This document shows positions 20,078 to 30,440 of a stretch of 64,000 bases of DNA, in pieces. The notes beneath the pieces are model-generated. The model did not search any database and was not told where the DNA came from. It saw only the letters and a program-made list of their open reading frames with translations. The DNA lies in contig JBEKIG010000005.1 in NCBI GenBank assembly GCA_050011875.1, positions 70,653 to 134,652 of the forward strand, given 5' to 3'. A program made the translations under genes and the position numbers. Numbering within the stretch: position 1 is the stretch's first letter; every line of letters starts with the position of its first letter. The stretch is from Nitrososphaeria archaeon (GTDB lineage: Archaea; Thermoproteota; Nitrososphaeria; JACIWG01).

Positions 20078-21088
20078 CTAAATCATCTTAACTTTATCTA
20101 GCGGCCTTATATTCTTAACTTCTTGGTTGACGAGAGCCGGTGGCTCTTCCCCCTTGAGGACCTTAACAAGGTTAAGCGCTGCGAATTCGGACATTTTAGA
20201 CCTTGACTGATGCGTCGCGCTCGCTATGTGGGGTGCAACGATGATGTTAGGCAGTTTAAGGAGCGGATCTTCCATAGGTGTAGGTTCTTTTTCGTGAACA
20301 TCAAGACCTGCTGCGAATATCCAGCCATTTGAGAGCGCCTTGTACAGTCCTCTTTCGTCAATGATGCCTCCTCTTGAGGTGTTTACGACTACTGCTGATG
20401 GCTTCATAAGCTTAAGGTTGTTTTCGTTAATTAACCCTATCGTTTCCTTCGACCTGGGGACATGGATTGTCACGATGTCCGATCTTTTTAACAGATCATC
20501 TATTTCACAATACTCTATGCCCAACTGCTTCTCGAGATCGGTCCTTCTAACAACATCATAGTATAACACCTTCATCTTGAAGCCTCTCGACCTCTCAATA
20601 ACCGCTTGTCCTATCCTGCCGATACCGACAACTCCCAGCGTCGCGCCATAGACTTCGTAGCCCAATAGCATGTCAGGCGCCCAAGGTATCACCCACTTAC
20701 CTTCTCTGACGTACTTGTCACCTTCCACAAGTCTTCTTGATGTTGCCATGATCAGAGTCCATGCAAAATCTGCTGTCGCATTAGTAAGTACTCCTGGAGT
20801 GTAGCAGACGTATATACCTCTTTTAGTGGCTTCGGGTATATCAACATGGTCGTAGCCGACGCTCATCGTGCTTACCACTCTAAGTTTCCTGCCAGCATCA
20901 TAAACTTCCTTGTCGATCTTCTCAGTAAGAAGGCAAAGAAGGGCATCCGCATCTCTGACAAGATCTAAGAGCTCCCTTCTTGTTGGAGGCTCCACTTTAT
21001 CCCTCAAAACTAGATCGCAATCTTCTTTAATAATCGATATACCTGGTTCAAGTATTTTCCTTGTCATTACAACTTTTGGTTTTTGCAA
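20078..21088 (-). CDS. gyaR: Glyoxylate/hydroxypyruvate reductase (D-2-hydroxyacid dehydrogenase)
   Basis: GIGRIG, NTSRG, GLDVHEKEP and PHIAS motifs; probable TTG start at 21088. Confidence 0.88.
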   Translation of the reverse strand: MQKPKVVMTRKILEPGISIIKEDCDLVLRDKVEPPTRRELLDLVRDADALLCLLTEKIDKEVYDAGRKLRVVSTMSVGYDHVDIPEATKRGIYVCYTPGVLTNATADFAWTLIMATSRRLVEGDKYVREGKWVIPWAPDMLLGYEVYGATLGVVGIGRIGQAVIERSRGFKMKVLYYDVVRRTDLEKQLGIEYCEIDDLLKRSDIVTIHVPRSKETIGLINENNLKLMKPSAVVVNTSRGGIIDERGLYKALSNGWIFAAGLDVHEKEPTPMEDPLLKLPNIIVAPHIASATHQSRSKMSEFAALNLVKVLKGEEPPALVNQEVKNIRPLDKVKMI

Positions 21089-21264
21089 AACTATCACTCT
21101 CCAATATCGTCCATCAACCAAGATAAATATATTCTTATCAGACCAAAGTTAGGAAATTTCTCTAAATAGATGTTTGCAGTCTAAATAAGCTCTGATAAAA
21201 TTTTGATCCCTTGAAAAAAGTTCTGACTTTCCTGTGGCTGTTCGATTATTTTTTAAATATTTTG

Positions 21265-21651
21265 CTATGCAACCTTAACTTTTATTCCTGTGTCACCTTC
21301 TACTTTATTCAACAGTTCAATATTTTTAGTTATTTTTCCAATGACATTGACCGGACTTGCTGCGACAGGTTCACTGCCGGTGCTTGCAGGTGTTCTGCCA
21401 AAGAATAGGCACATCGATCTGCCAGGGGGCCAGTAAGCTATATCTCCAACCTCGACTTTCTTTTTTCCATTCTCTGATGTCATCTGAACAGGTGTATCAA
21501 AATATATCTCTTCACCCCATGTGTTTGCATTCGATTCAAACGGCATCGCCTTCAAGAACGCGTCGTAGGTTTTTGGACTAACTCTGTCAAAGAGCTCAGC
21601 TTCAACGACTCCAACATTTCCAAATTCTATCATGATCTTTTTTACTGCCAT
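21265..21651 (-). CDS. Cyclophilin-like fold protein (DUF369 type)
   Basis: WGEEIYF and GDIAYWPPG..CLFFG.TP motifs. Confidence 0.85.
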   Translation of the reverse strand: MAVKKIMIEFGNVGVVEAELFDRVSPKTYDAFLKAMPFESNANTWGEEIYFDTPVQMTSENGKKKVEVGDIAYWPPGRSMCLFFGRTPASTGSEPVAASPVNVIGKITKNIELLNKVEGDTGIKVKVA

Positions 21652-21817
21652 ATTCTGTCTGACGTAAAGTTCAAGCAAAGTATGTTATATATTTTATCAC
21701 TGAACGTGCTTGAAGATTTGTGACGGTAAGGGAATTACCATATAGGATAAACTATCTTATACGCTTCCATGAGCCTTTTAGGTCTTTTCATCGTTTACAC
21801 TAATATTTATATTTGGT

Positions 21818-22660
21818 ATGAGGATGTATGCAATGAGCAGCATGCCAAAGTACGGCTATGTAATCTCCGAATCCTTCGGATACCATGTTAAAAATATCTC
21901 TAAAAACATCGAAGATCAGAAGGACTTTGAAAACGCTTTATCTATTTTGAAAGATGTAGGCTATTACGGTATAGAAATACCTCTTATGTTTGATATAAAA
22001 GTGACAGTTGAGCGATTAAAAGAGACTATGGCATGTTATGGAATGTCCATTTCAGGCTTGTCGACGGACAGTTACTATTCGCACCTGAGCTATTATCTTA
22101 CAGGTTCTAATTCTGCGGTAAGAGCAAGAGCTTTAGACTTGATGATGTCAGGTCTCTCGATTGCCGAAATCCTCTCGTCCCCTCTAATGATCGGTCTGAT
22201 AATGGGCAAGAATGCTGTCGATGAGAAATCTTCTATTTGGTTGGCTGCTTCTTTAAAGATTTTAGATAAGAAAGCAAATGATATCGGAGTCGAAGTTCTC
22301 ATAGAACCGATCAATCATTATGAAACAGGTTACCTAACGACGATTAAGGAGGCATACGATTTGATAGAAAAATTAGGGCTGATAAAAACTGGAGTGATCA
22401 TAAATACTTATCATATGAACATAGAAGAAGGAAAGTACGAGCAATCTATCAACTATGCGAAAGACAAAATCCGGCATGTAAAACTATCAGATAACAACCG
22501 TCAGCCTCCTGGTTTAGGCCACATAGACTTTAATAGTATCCTAGCAGCTTTAAAAAAGGTAGGATACGATGGCTGGTATACTATAGAATGTCTATCAAAA
22601 CCAGAGCAAAAGGATCTTGCTACGTTATCTATGAATTTTCTCAAAGAAAATATAAAGTAG
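21818..22660 (+). CDS. Sugar phosphate isomerase/epimerase (ketose 3-epimerase / hydroxypyruvate isomerase-like)
   Basis: IEPINHYE, NTYHMNIEE and SDNNRQPPGLGHIDF motifs. Confidence 0.85.
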   Translation: MRMYAMSSMPKYGYVISESFGYHVKNISKNIEDQKDFENALSILKDVGYYGIEIPLMFDIKVTVERLKETMACYGMSISGLSTDSYYSHLSYYLTGSNSAVRARALDLMMSGLSIAEILSSPLMIGLIMGKNAVDEKSSIWLAASLKILDKKANDIGVEVLIEPINHYETGYLTTIKEAYDLIEKLGLIKTGVIINTYHMNIEEGKYEQSINYAKDKIRHVKLSDNNRQPPGLGHIDFNSILAALKKVGYDGWYTIECLSKPEQKDLATLSMNFLKENIK

Positions 22661-22916
22661 CTACTCTACCTATTACACGTATGAAAGTAACCCAATTCTC
22701 CTTGTCAAATGTGCACGGTCCAATCGAAATGTTTTTCCATCTAAGGGTTTATCGAGCACCAAGATGATCGCTGTCAAAACCTTCATATTTTATAGCTCGA
22801 TAAAGGAGAAACCCTCAAATTCTTCACATATTTGAACTTAATTAACATAAACTGTTAAGATCAATGGAAATTCTAACCTTTAATATTTTCAGGTACGGTC
22901 TTCTAGATGATGTTTT

Positions 22917-23219
22917 TTAACCCTTCCACAGGCCGATGATCAACCCTATTATGAAAGATATTGAAGAATATGGCAGTAGGTTGGTAAAGGGACCTGCACC
23001 TGACCATATTAAAGGTAGATACTTCAGTGCTGAGTTTGCAATATCTGTAAGAGATGATAAGTTTAGGTATCCTATTGCAACCAACACTACCAAGAGTAGG
23101 ACAATTACCAAAATAAGCTTCAATGCACGTTTAACAATTACACCAACAATCAATCCAAGTATTAGAGGTATTAGTATAGGTAATATCCACGCATACTCTG
23201 CTGGAATCGGGCTGGTCAT
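22917..23219 (-). CDS. Small membrane protein, possibly FUN14-like
   Basis: Three hydrophobic segments; GLIVGVIVKRALK pattern. Confidence 0.65.
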   Translation of the reverse strand: MTSPIPAEYAWILPILIPLILGLIVGVIVKRALKLILVIVLLLVVLVAIGYLNLSSLTDIANSALKYLPLIWSGAGPFTNLLPYSSISFIIGLIIGLWKG

Positions 23220-23304
23220 ATCTTTAGTTTAGTGTAACTAAGATTTAATTTTTATGCTTCTATTTTACAAAATATTTTTAAAACATCAATGCGAAGTTAT
23301 CTGT

Positions 23305-24654
23305 GTGACGTCTGGAAAGATCTTAAATTGGAACGACCTATTTGCGGCCGAACCCGATAGGGTGGCTCTTGAGATTGTTGAATGCGGACTAGAAGCGGCT
23401 AACCCCTATTCTTCAGTAGTTGAGACTTTATCAACAATTTTAAAGCAGATGAAAATTCACAAGACGATAGTAGTTGTCGGTTTTGGCAAAGCAAGTTATC
23501 AAATGGCGTTGGCTTGCGAGAATGTTTTGAGCGAAGTAATCAAAGCTGGAGCTGTTATAGTTCCAAAGGGATCAGTAAAAGATTGCAGGTTGAAAAAAAT
23601 AAAGATACTTGAAGGAACTCACCCTATTCCAACGGAACTTAACGTGAATTCGGCTAAGGAGTTGCTTTCACTTACTGAAGGCCTGAATTCTAATGATCTG
23701 GTTCTATGTCTAATATCAGGAGGCGGCTCCGCGCTCTTTACATATCCTGCAAAGGGCGTTACATTGTATGATGAACAGGAAATGACGAAATTGATGCTCG
23801 CAGCAGGCCTAACCATTCAAGAAATCAACTGTATAAGAAAACACATTTCAGACGTTAAAGGCGGTCAGTTTGCACGTCACATTTATCCAGCCCACGTCAT
23901 CAGCCTTGTTCTATCAGATGTTGTCGGAGACGAGTTGAGTTCAATAGCTTCAGGTCCAACTTCTCCCGATCCTTATACATTCGAGGACGTCTATTCATTA
24001 TTCGGGAAGTATCACATCTTAGAAAAAGTCCCTAAGAACATCTTGAATCGGATAACACGGGGGGTGGACGGAAGGATACCCGATACTCCGAAGACTGATG
24101 ACAGGATATTCAGTAAAGTAACCAACATCGTTGTCGCCAATAACACTAAAGCCTTACAGGCCATGGCTAACAAAGCTAAATCGTTAGGTTTGAAGACGAT
24201 GATACTAACCTCGTACTTAGAAGGTGAGGCCAGAGAAGTTGGTAAGGTTATAGGATCGATAGGGAAGCAGATAATAAATCAAAACGTCCCATTGGAACCC
24301 CCCTGTATCGTTTTCTTAGGCGGAGAAACAACGGTCACGCTTAGAGGAAACGGCAAGGGTGGAAGAAACCAGGAAATGGCTCTATCTTTTGCTTTGGCAA
24401 TAAAAGGATTACCCCATATAAGATTCGTTTCCATTGGCAGCGATGGCATAGATGGAAACAGTGACGCGGCAGGAGCAATAGTGGACGGGTTCACAATCAG
24501 TAAAGCTTTGGGAATAGGATTTGATCCTTTAAAGTTCCTTGAAAATAACGATTCGTACACTTTCCTAAAACAGCTTGGCTGCCTTATAATGACCGGACCA
24601 ACCGGTACAAATGTGAACGACTTATCATTCCTGATGGTCCTAAAGGAAGAATAA
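23305..24654 (+). CDS. gck: Glycerate 2-kinase (MOFRL family)
   Basis: LISGGGSAL, GGETTV, GGRNQE and TGTNVND motifs; probable GTG start at 23305. Confidence 0.92.
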   Translation: MTSGKILNWNDLFAAEPDRVALEIVECGLEAANPYSSVVETLSTILKQMKIHKTIVVVGFGKASYQMALACENVLSEVIKAGAVIVPKGSVKDCRLKKIKILEGTHPIPTELNVNSAKELLSLTEGLNSNDLVLCLISGGGSALFTYPAKGVTLYDEQEMTKLMLAAGLTIQEINCIRKHISDVKGGQFARHIYPAHVISLVLSDVVGDELSSIASGPTSPDPYTFEDVYSLFGKYHILEKVPKNILNRITRGVDGRIPDTPKTDDRIFSKVTNIVVANNTKALQAMANKAKSLGLKTMILTSYLEGEAREVGKVIGSIGKQIINQNVPLEPPCIVFLGGETTVTLRGNGKGGRNQEMALSFALAIKGLPHIRFVSIGSDGIDGNSDAAGAIVDGFTISKALGIGFDPLKFLENNDSYTFLKQLGCLIMTGPTGTNVNDLSFLMVLKEE

Positions 24655-24756
24655 TCTCCAAATCGGCAATTTTTTCATTATGACCTAAAGGCAACTTCCC
24701 ATGCATCAATAATGCATTCGGGCGTGGATTACTTTTCTAATTCCTTAGTCATCAAG

Positions 24757-25098
<342 letters not shown>

Positions 25099-25125
25099 TC
25101 ATTCCACCAGATCCGACGTCCTCCC

Positions 25126-26364
25126 TTATGAAGTTGCATAAGCCTTCTCTCCGTGTTGGGATATGTCAAGACCCACCTTTTCTTCATCTGGCTTAACACA
25201 TATTCCGATGGTCTTGTCGAGAACTTTGAAGATGATTAGAGACATTATAAAGGCATATCCCCAAACTGCAGCGACGCCTATGAGTTGAATTCCCAGTTGT
25301 CCAGCGTTGCCAAAAAAGAGGCCGTTGGTCCCTCCTATATCAGCTTCAGCGAATAGGCCTGTCGCTATAGCACCCCAAGTACCTCCCACGCCATGGACAC
25401 CCCACACATCTAATGAATCATCGTATTGCTTCTTGTTCCTCCAAGAGACGGCGAGATAACAGAAGAACCCGGCACCTACACCTATGGCAATTGCCGAGAG
25501 TGGACTTACGAAGCCAGCTGCAGGTGTTATCGCGACCAGCCCTGCGACAACTCCAGCCAAAGAGCCCAAAACGCTGGGTCTGCCCCTAAAGTACCAGCTT
25601 ATCAACATCCAAGTGAGACCTGCCGAAGCTGCAGATGTGTTCGTCACCACGAAGGCGTTTGTCGCCGATACTCCTGCAGTTAAGGCACTGCCCGCGTTGA
25701 AACCAAACCATCCGAACCAAAGCAAAGTCGCACCCAATATTACGAAAGGAATGTTGTTAGGTTCCATCGTTAAGGAGCCGAAGCCTGTCCTCTTGCGGAG
25801 CACGAAAACCGAAGCAAGAGCGGCTGCCCCGGCAGTTATATGGACAACCGTTCCACCTGCGAAGTCTTTAACTCCTAGCAGCCTGAGCCATCCACCACTT
25901 CCCCAGACCCAGTGGGCAACAGGAGCATACACTAAGATTGACCAAAGTAAGATGAAGATGATAAACGCACTGATCTTCACTCTTTCGGCGAAAGCCCCCG
26001 AGATCAGAGCTGGCGTTATAATAGCGAACATGCACATGAAGATCATGAAGGCTAGAAAGGGAATCGTAGCCGCGTATGTGGGATTCGGGACTAGCCCAAC
26101 GCCGCGAAGGCCCACCCAGTCAAGGCCCCCTATAAAACCTAAACCTCCCACATCCGGACCGAAAGCCAAGGTAAAGCCCAATAAGACCCATTCAACACTA
26201 ATCAACATGAGGACGATGAAGCAATTTGCAATAATCGATAGAACATTCTTCTGTCTGACCATCCCCCCATAAAAGAAACCTAAAGCAGGGGTCATGATCA
26301 TAACAAGGGCTGCGGACAATAAAACCCACGCTGTGTCACCAGCATTTACTGACAAACTAACCAC
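25126..26364 (-). CDS. amtB: Ammonium transporter
   Basis: DFAGGTVVH, WFGWFGFNAGS and DDSLDVWGVHG motifs. Confidence 0.97.
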   Translation of the reverse strand: MVSLSVNAGDTAWVLLSAALVMIMTPALGFFYGGMVRQKNVLSIIANCFIVLMLISVEWVLLGFTLAFGPDVGGLGFIGGLDWVGLRGVGLVPNPTYAATIPFLAFMIFMCMFAIITPALISGAFAERVKISAFIIFILLWSILVYAPVAHWVWGSGGWLRLLGVKDFAGGTVVHITAGAAALASVFVLRKRTGFGSLTMEPNNIPFVILGATLLWFGWFGFNAGSALTAGVSATNAFVVTNTSAASAGLTWMLISWYFRGRPSVLGSLAGVVAGLVAITPAAGFVSPLSAIAIGVGAGFFCYLAVSWRNKKQYDDSLDVWGVHGVGGTWGAIATGLFAEADIGGTNGLFFGNAGQLGIQLIGVAAVWGYAFIMSLIIFKVLDKTIGICVKPDEEKVGLDISQHGEKAYATS

Positions 26365-26820
26365 TCACCTTAGAGTTTTTACGAGTAGACTAGTTCTCGG
26401 ACTGAATAATCCTCTTACGTTGGGTGTGTAACCGTTCTTCATGTACCACTTTTTTAAAGCCCCTTCGTCTAATGCTCTAGGATCGAGGGGGCACGGATCC
26501 ACTATGACTTTACATAGTTTCAGACGAACCGCTTCCGCTTCAAGAAAGGCTAAGGCTTTCTCCCCTATGCCATTTCCCCTATAGCCTTGCTCGACAAAGA
26601 GTTCTTGGATAAACATCACCTGTTCACGCCGGTCAACTCCCCCCGTGAATTGACCTACCTTCGTAGCTCCCTTCCTAACGCTACCTTGGAAGACCGTCTT
26701 ATCGCCGTATTGAAGTCTCCTTATCTTAAATTCGATGAGCAATGTTTGAAAAGGATCGTTAAGAAGTTTTGAAGTGGACAGAGCAGTGGTCAAGTGCGCA
26801 TCTTTAGCTTCAGTGCTCAT
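26365..26820 (-). CDS. GNAT family N-acetyltransferase
   Basis: LFVEQGYRGNGIG acetyl-CoA motif A; WYMKNGY motif B. Confidence 0.82.
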   Translation of the reverse strand: MSTEAKDAHLTTALSTSKLLNDPFQTLLIEFKIRRLQYGDKTVFQGSVRKGATKVGQFTGGVDRREQVMFIQELFVEQGYRGNGIGEKALAFLEAEAVRLKLCKVIVDPCPLDPRALDEGALKKWYMKNGYTPNVRGLFSPRTSLLVKTLR

Positions 26821-26987
26821 ATTTTTATCTTCTTTAAGACACTAAAACGAATATATATAAAGTTATTGAGCAGAATGACATAATATTAAATTAAAATTTA
26901 TCATCTTGATGGTAATTTCATGTGCTATCCACAGACTCGTTGTAGTTAAAGTCAAGGTGGTAAGCAGAATGAATCCGACTATTCGTT

Positions 26988-27809
26988 CTACCTCACATAT
27001 AATTTCTCGTACGGACGTTTCGAAACCGGAACAAGTTTGCTAAACTCGTGTTCCATGATTCTGTCGGCTTCGAATCCAAAGTAACCGCAGAATTCTTTCA
27101 CTAAGCTGCCTAGCAGCTTTCTATCATCTTCAGATAACTCTAATGCTTCAACATCCTTTGAGAGGTTGTCGATTTTCCCTCTGACATATATTTTTCCACT
27201 GTGCATGCCCGTGCCTACAAATCTGGCGGTATGCTTTGCACCATTCTCTAGGGTTAAGCCCAGAACCACCAAAACGCCTCCTGCCATGTACTCGCCAAGA
27301 AAGTCCTGAGCTGTGCCCCCGACAACTATGACAGGTCTTTTCTCCTGATATTCTTTCATGTGTATTCCAACACGGTAGCCGGCATCGTCTCTGATGAAGA
27401 TACTCCCTCCCCTCATCGAATATCCCACAATGTCTCCGGTATGACCGTGGACAATTATCCTGCCATCATCCATCGTGTTGCCGCATCCGTCTTGCGCGTT
27501 ACCATAAACATTTACAGTTGTTTGATGCATGAATGCACCAAGGTCGTTTCCTGGTGTACCATAAACGTCGATTTCAATTCCCCCATGTAAACCTGTGCCC
27601 AGGTACCGTTGTCCGTGGACGTTGATGATCTCAACCTTTCTAATGCCATCTTCGTTGAGGGCTTTTGTGAGTGCGTTGAGGTCACGATAATGCATTCCTC
27701 CAGCGTCCACCCTAGCAACGCCGTCTTTAACGGTAACTTGTTCCTTAAGATGTTGCCAACCTAAATTGGAAGTAACATCTTCCTGATGAACTTTAATTTT
27801 TTCATTCAC
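26988..27809 (-). CDS. Glutamate synthase GXGXG (domain 3) subunit
   Basis: Repeated Gly motifs GNDLGAFM, GEYMAGG and GTGMHSG. Confidence 0.9.
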   Translation of the reverse strand: MNEKIKVHQEDVTSNLGWQHLKEQVTVKDGVARVDAGGMHYRDLNALTKALNEDGIRKVEIINVHGQRYLGTGLHGGIEIDVYGTPGNDLGAFMHQTTVNVYGNAQDGCGNTMDDGRIIVHGHTGDIVGYSMRGGSIFIRDDAGYRVGIHMKEYQEKRPVIVVGGTAQDFLGEYMAGGVLVVLGLTLENGAKHTARFVGTGMHSGKIYVRGKIDNLSKDVEALELSEDDRKLLGSLVKEFCGYFGFEADRIMEHEFSKLVPVSKRPYEKLYVR

Positions 27810-29313
27810 CAGCCATCTTCACTCCCAGAATCTTCAATTCTGTGTCCGTCAACCCTACACCACGTAAGTGCAGTCGATTTCCCCTAAGGCTCTCAATAGC
27901 GTTAACCCCCATGCCGCCCATCATTTCCTTTATCTCCGCGCTCCATGCTTGAAGTAGGTTCACCAGCCTCCTGGTGGCAATGTCAGGGTTAAGTCTCTTA
28001 GAGATCCAAGGGTCAGTTGTTGCGATACCCCACGGACATTTTCCTGTATAACATCTCTGACAGACTGTGCACCCCATCGCTACAACCGCGGCTGTAGCGA
28101 TGTATACTGCATCAGCCCCTAAGGCGATAGCCTTCACCACGTCAGCGCTGCTCCTTATACCTCCTGCTGCTATGATCGAAACCCTGTTTCTTATTCCTTC
28201 TTCGCGTAGACGCTGATCGACTGAAGCTAAAGCGAGCTCTATAGGTATGCCAACGTTGTCGCGGGAAACCTTTGGGGCTGCCCCTGTTCCTCCTTTGACA
28301 CCGTCTATGGCAATGATGTCCGCGCCAGCTCTGGCTATGCCGCTTGCTATGGCGGCTGAATTGTGTACGGCCGCTATTTTGACCGATACTGGTTTTGTGT
28401 AGTCAGTCGCCTCCTTCAGCGCGTAGATCAGCTGTCGCAGGTCCTCGATTGAGTAGATGTCGTGCTGGGGTGCAGGTGAAAGAGCATCTGTTCCTATGGG
28501 GATCATGCGTGTTCTAGAAACCTCTGGACCAACTTTCTCGCCTGGAAGATGGCCTCCTATCCCAGGTTTTGCTCCTTGGCCGATCTTTATTTCAACTGCG
28601 GCTCCGACATCCAAATAGTCGGGGTGCACACCGAAGCGGCCTGAAGCAACTTGGACTATTGTATGACTGCCATAACCGTAGAGTCGACTGTCTAGTCCGC
28701 CTTCTCCAGTGTTGAATAAGGTTCCAAATTCGGTGGACGCTCTTGCAAGGGCTTCGTGCACGTTAAAGCTGATGGCTCCATATGAAAGAGCCGAAAAAAG
28801 GATGGGTGCTTCCACACACACCTGTGGGGCCAGCTTTGTCGTCAATACCATATCCCTGCTTTCTAATTCAAATTCTAACCTGTCTGCTTTTGAACCCAAA
28901 AAGGTTCGCAGTTCCATAGGTTCCCTTAACGGGTCGATTGAGGGATTTGTAACCTGGCTGGCGTTCAATAGAAGTCTATCCCAATAAGAGTAATTCGGTT
29001 TATCACACCCCATTCCAGTCAACAGGACCCCTCCTACCTCTGCCTGCCTTTTGATGTCCCTTATCGCTTCTTGAGTCCAGTTATCATTAGTCGTGTAAGC
29101 GTTTGGGTTGCGCCTAATTGTAATGGCTTGGGTTGGACAAAAGGCTACGCATCGATGGCAGTTCACGCAGTTCTCATTTTTGCTGTACACTTTGTCGTCT
29201 TCTTGATCGTAATAGTGTGTATCAAATGTGCACTGATTCACACAGACTTTACATCTTATGCATCTGTCATCGTCTCTTTCAACCGTATATTCCGGCTCCA
29301 AGTAGGTTTTCAT
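27802..29313 (-). CDS. gltB: Glutamate synthase FMN-binding subunit with N-terminal ferredoxin domain (archaeal type)
   Basis: QVASGRFGV, EIKIGQGAKPGIGGHLPG, HDIYSIEDL and CTVCQRCYTGKCPWGIAT. Confidence 0.95.
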   Translation of the reverse strand: MKTYLEPEYTVERDDDRCIRCKVCVNQCTFDTHYYDQEDDKVYSKNENCVNCHRCVAFCPTQAITIRRNPNAYTTNDNWTQEAIRDIKRQAEVGGVLLTGMGCDKPNYSYWDRLLLNASQVTNPSIDPLREPMELRTFLGSKADRLEFELESRDMVLTTKLAPQVCVEAPILFSALSYGAISFNVHEALARASTEFGTLFNTGEGGLDSRLYGYGSHTIVQVASGRFGVHPDYLDVGAAVEIKIGQGAKPGIGGHLPGEKVGPEVSRTRMIPIGTDALSPAPQHDIYSIEDLRQLIYALKEATDYTKPVSVKIAAVHNSAAIASGIARAGADIIAIDGVKGGTGAAPKVSRDNVGIPIELALASVDQRLREEGIRNRVSIIAAGGIRSSADVVKAIALGADAVYIATAAVVAMGCTVCQRCYTGKCPWGIATTDPWISKRLNPDIATRRLVNLLQAWSAEIKEMMGGMGVNAIESLRGNRLHLRGVGLTDTELKILGVKMAGE

Positions 29314-30440
29314 TGAATCACACCCCTAACTATGAGCTCCTTCAATCCCATACCACCCAACCTTCCAACCACAGGTTCGCCTCCTTTAGGGTTCCAAGTC
29401 CTGTCTGGGTTAGGTGAGACAAGGTTGATGGACGCTTCTTCTGAGGAAAGGTACAGGAAGTCTCCTTTTACACCTGCTGTAAGAGGACGCAACTTTATCC
29501 TGTCAGTCAAACCTATCATTTCCCCCTGATGGGCTAATATTATGCTGAAGGGTCCATTCATCAATAGGCTGCCGTATGTCTGTCTAAGCGCTGTCAGAAA
29601 GATGCGCTTTTCCTGCGGTTCCCTGTCGATTTCATCCCAGAAAGGTGGTGCAACTACTCTAGCTGCAACTTCAATAGGCAGGTGATGGCGTCGAATGAGA
29701 AGATCAAATGCGTACGCCAGAACCTCTGTGTCCGTCTGCATAGTGCACTTGTATCCGAACATTTCCAGATATCGGCGGTTTATCCCATAGGAGGAAATCT
29801 CTCCGTTATGGACAACGGTCCAGTCAAGTATGTTAAATGGATGTGCCCCTCCCCACCAGCCTGGTGTATTGGTCGGAAATCTCCCATGACAGGTCCACAG
29901 GTAACCATTGTATTCCTCTAAGCAAAAGTGTTCAGCGATGTCCTCAGGGAAACCTACGCCCTTGAAGACACCCATATCTTTGCCACTTGAAAACACGTAA
30001 GCCCTCCCTGTCTTGGTGTTTATCTTCATAACCTTCTCCATGACGAAGTCGTCATCGCTCTGATTCTGTATCAGCCCCTTTTTCGGTTGAACGAAGTACC
30101 TCCACATCAGGGGTGGATCCTTTACATTAGCTTCTTTGGTCGGTATTTCTTCATCGATTTGGATAGAAAAGTTGTCCTGCAGCAGGCAGTCGGTATCTTT
30201 CTTGGCATCTTCATCCATGTACATGATATGCAGTGCATAGTCTTCCCTGTAATCTGGGTAGAGGCCGTAGACGGCAAAGCCTCCTCCCAATCCATTTCCT
30301 CTATCATGCATGTTGGCTATTGCACGGACAGGGTCCTTGGAGGAGAACCTTTCCCCTTTAAGGTTCATCATTCCAAAAAGTGAGCAGCCTTCGATGACCT
30401 TGTCATCATTATAACTGTTGTTTAATTTGATCCAACTCAA
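29310..30440 (-). CDS. Glutamate synthase glutamine amidotransferase (Ntn) subunit
   Basis: EGCSLFG nucleophile Cys after a short propeptide; HGRFPTNT, HNGEI and TDTE motifs; TTG start overlaps upstream TGA. Confidence 0.92.
   Translation of the reverse strand: MSWIKLNNSYNDDKVIEGCSLFGMMNLKGERFSSKDPVRAIANMHDRGNGLGGGFAVYGLYPDYREDYALHIMYMDEDAKKDTDCLLQDNFSIQIDEEIPTKEANVKDPPLMWRYFVQPKKGLIQNQSDDDFVMEKVMKINTKTGRAYVFSSGKDMGVFKGVGFPEDIAEHFCLEEYNGYLWTCHGRFPTNTPGWWGGAHPFNILDWTVVHNGEISSYGINRRYLEMFGYKCTMQTDTEVLAYAFDLLIRRHHLPIEVAARVVAPPFWDEIDREPQEKRIFLTALRQTYGSLLMNGPFSIILAHQGEMIGLTDRIKLRPLTAGVKGDFLYLSSEEASINLVSPNPDRTWNPKGGEPVVGRLGGMGLKELIVRGVIQ

Noticed and set aside
25484-26272. 262-aa plus-strand ORF
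   Set aside because: Antisense shadow of amtB
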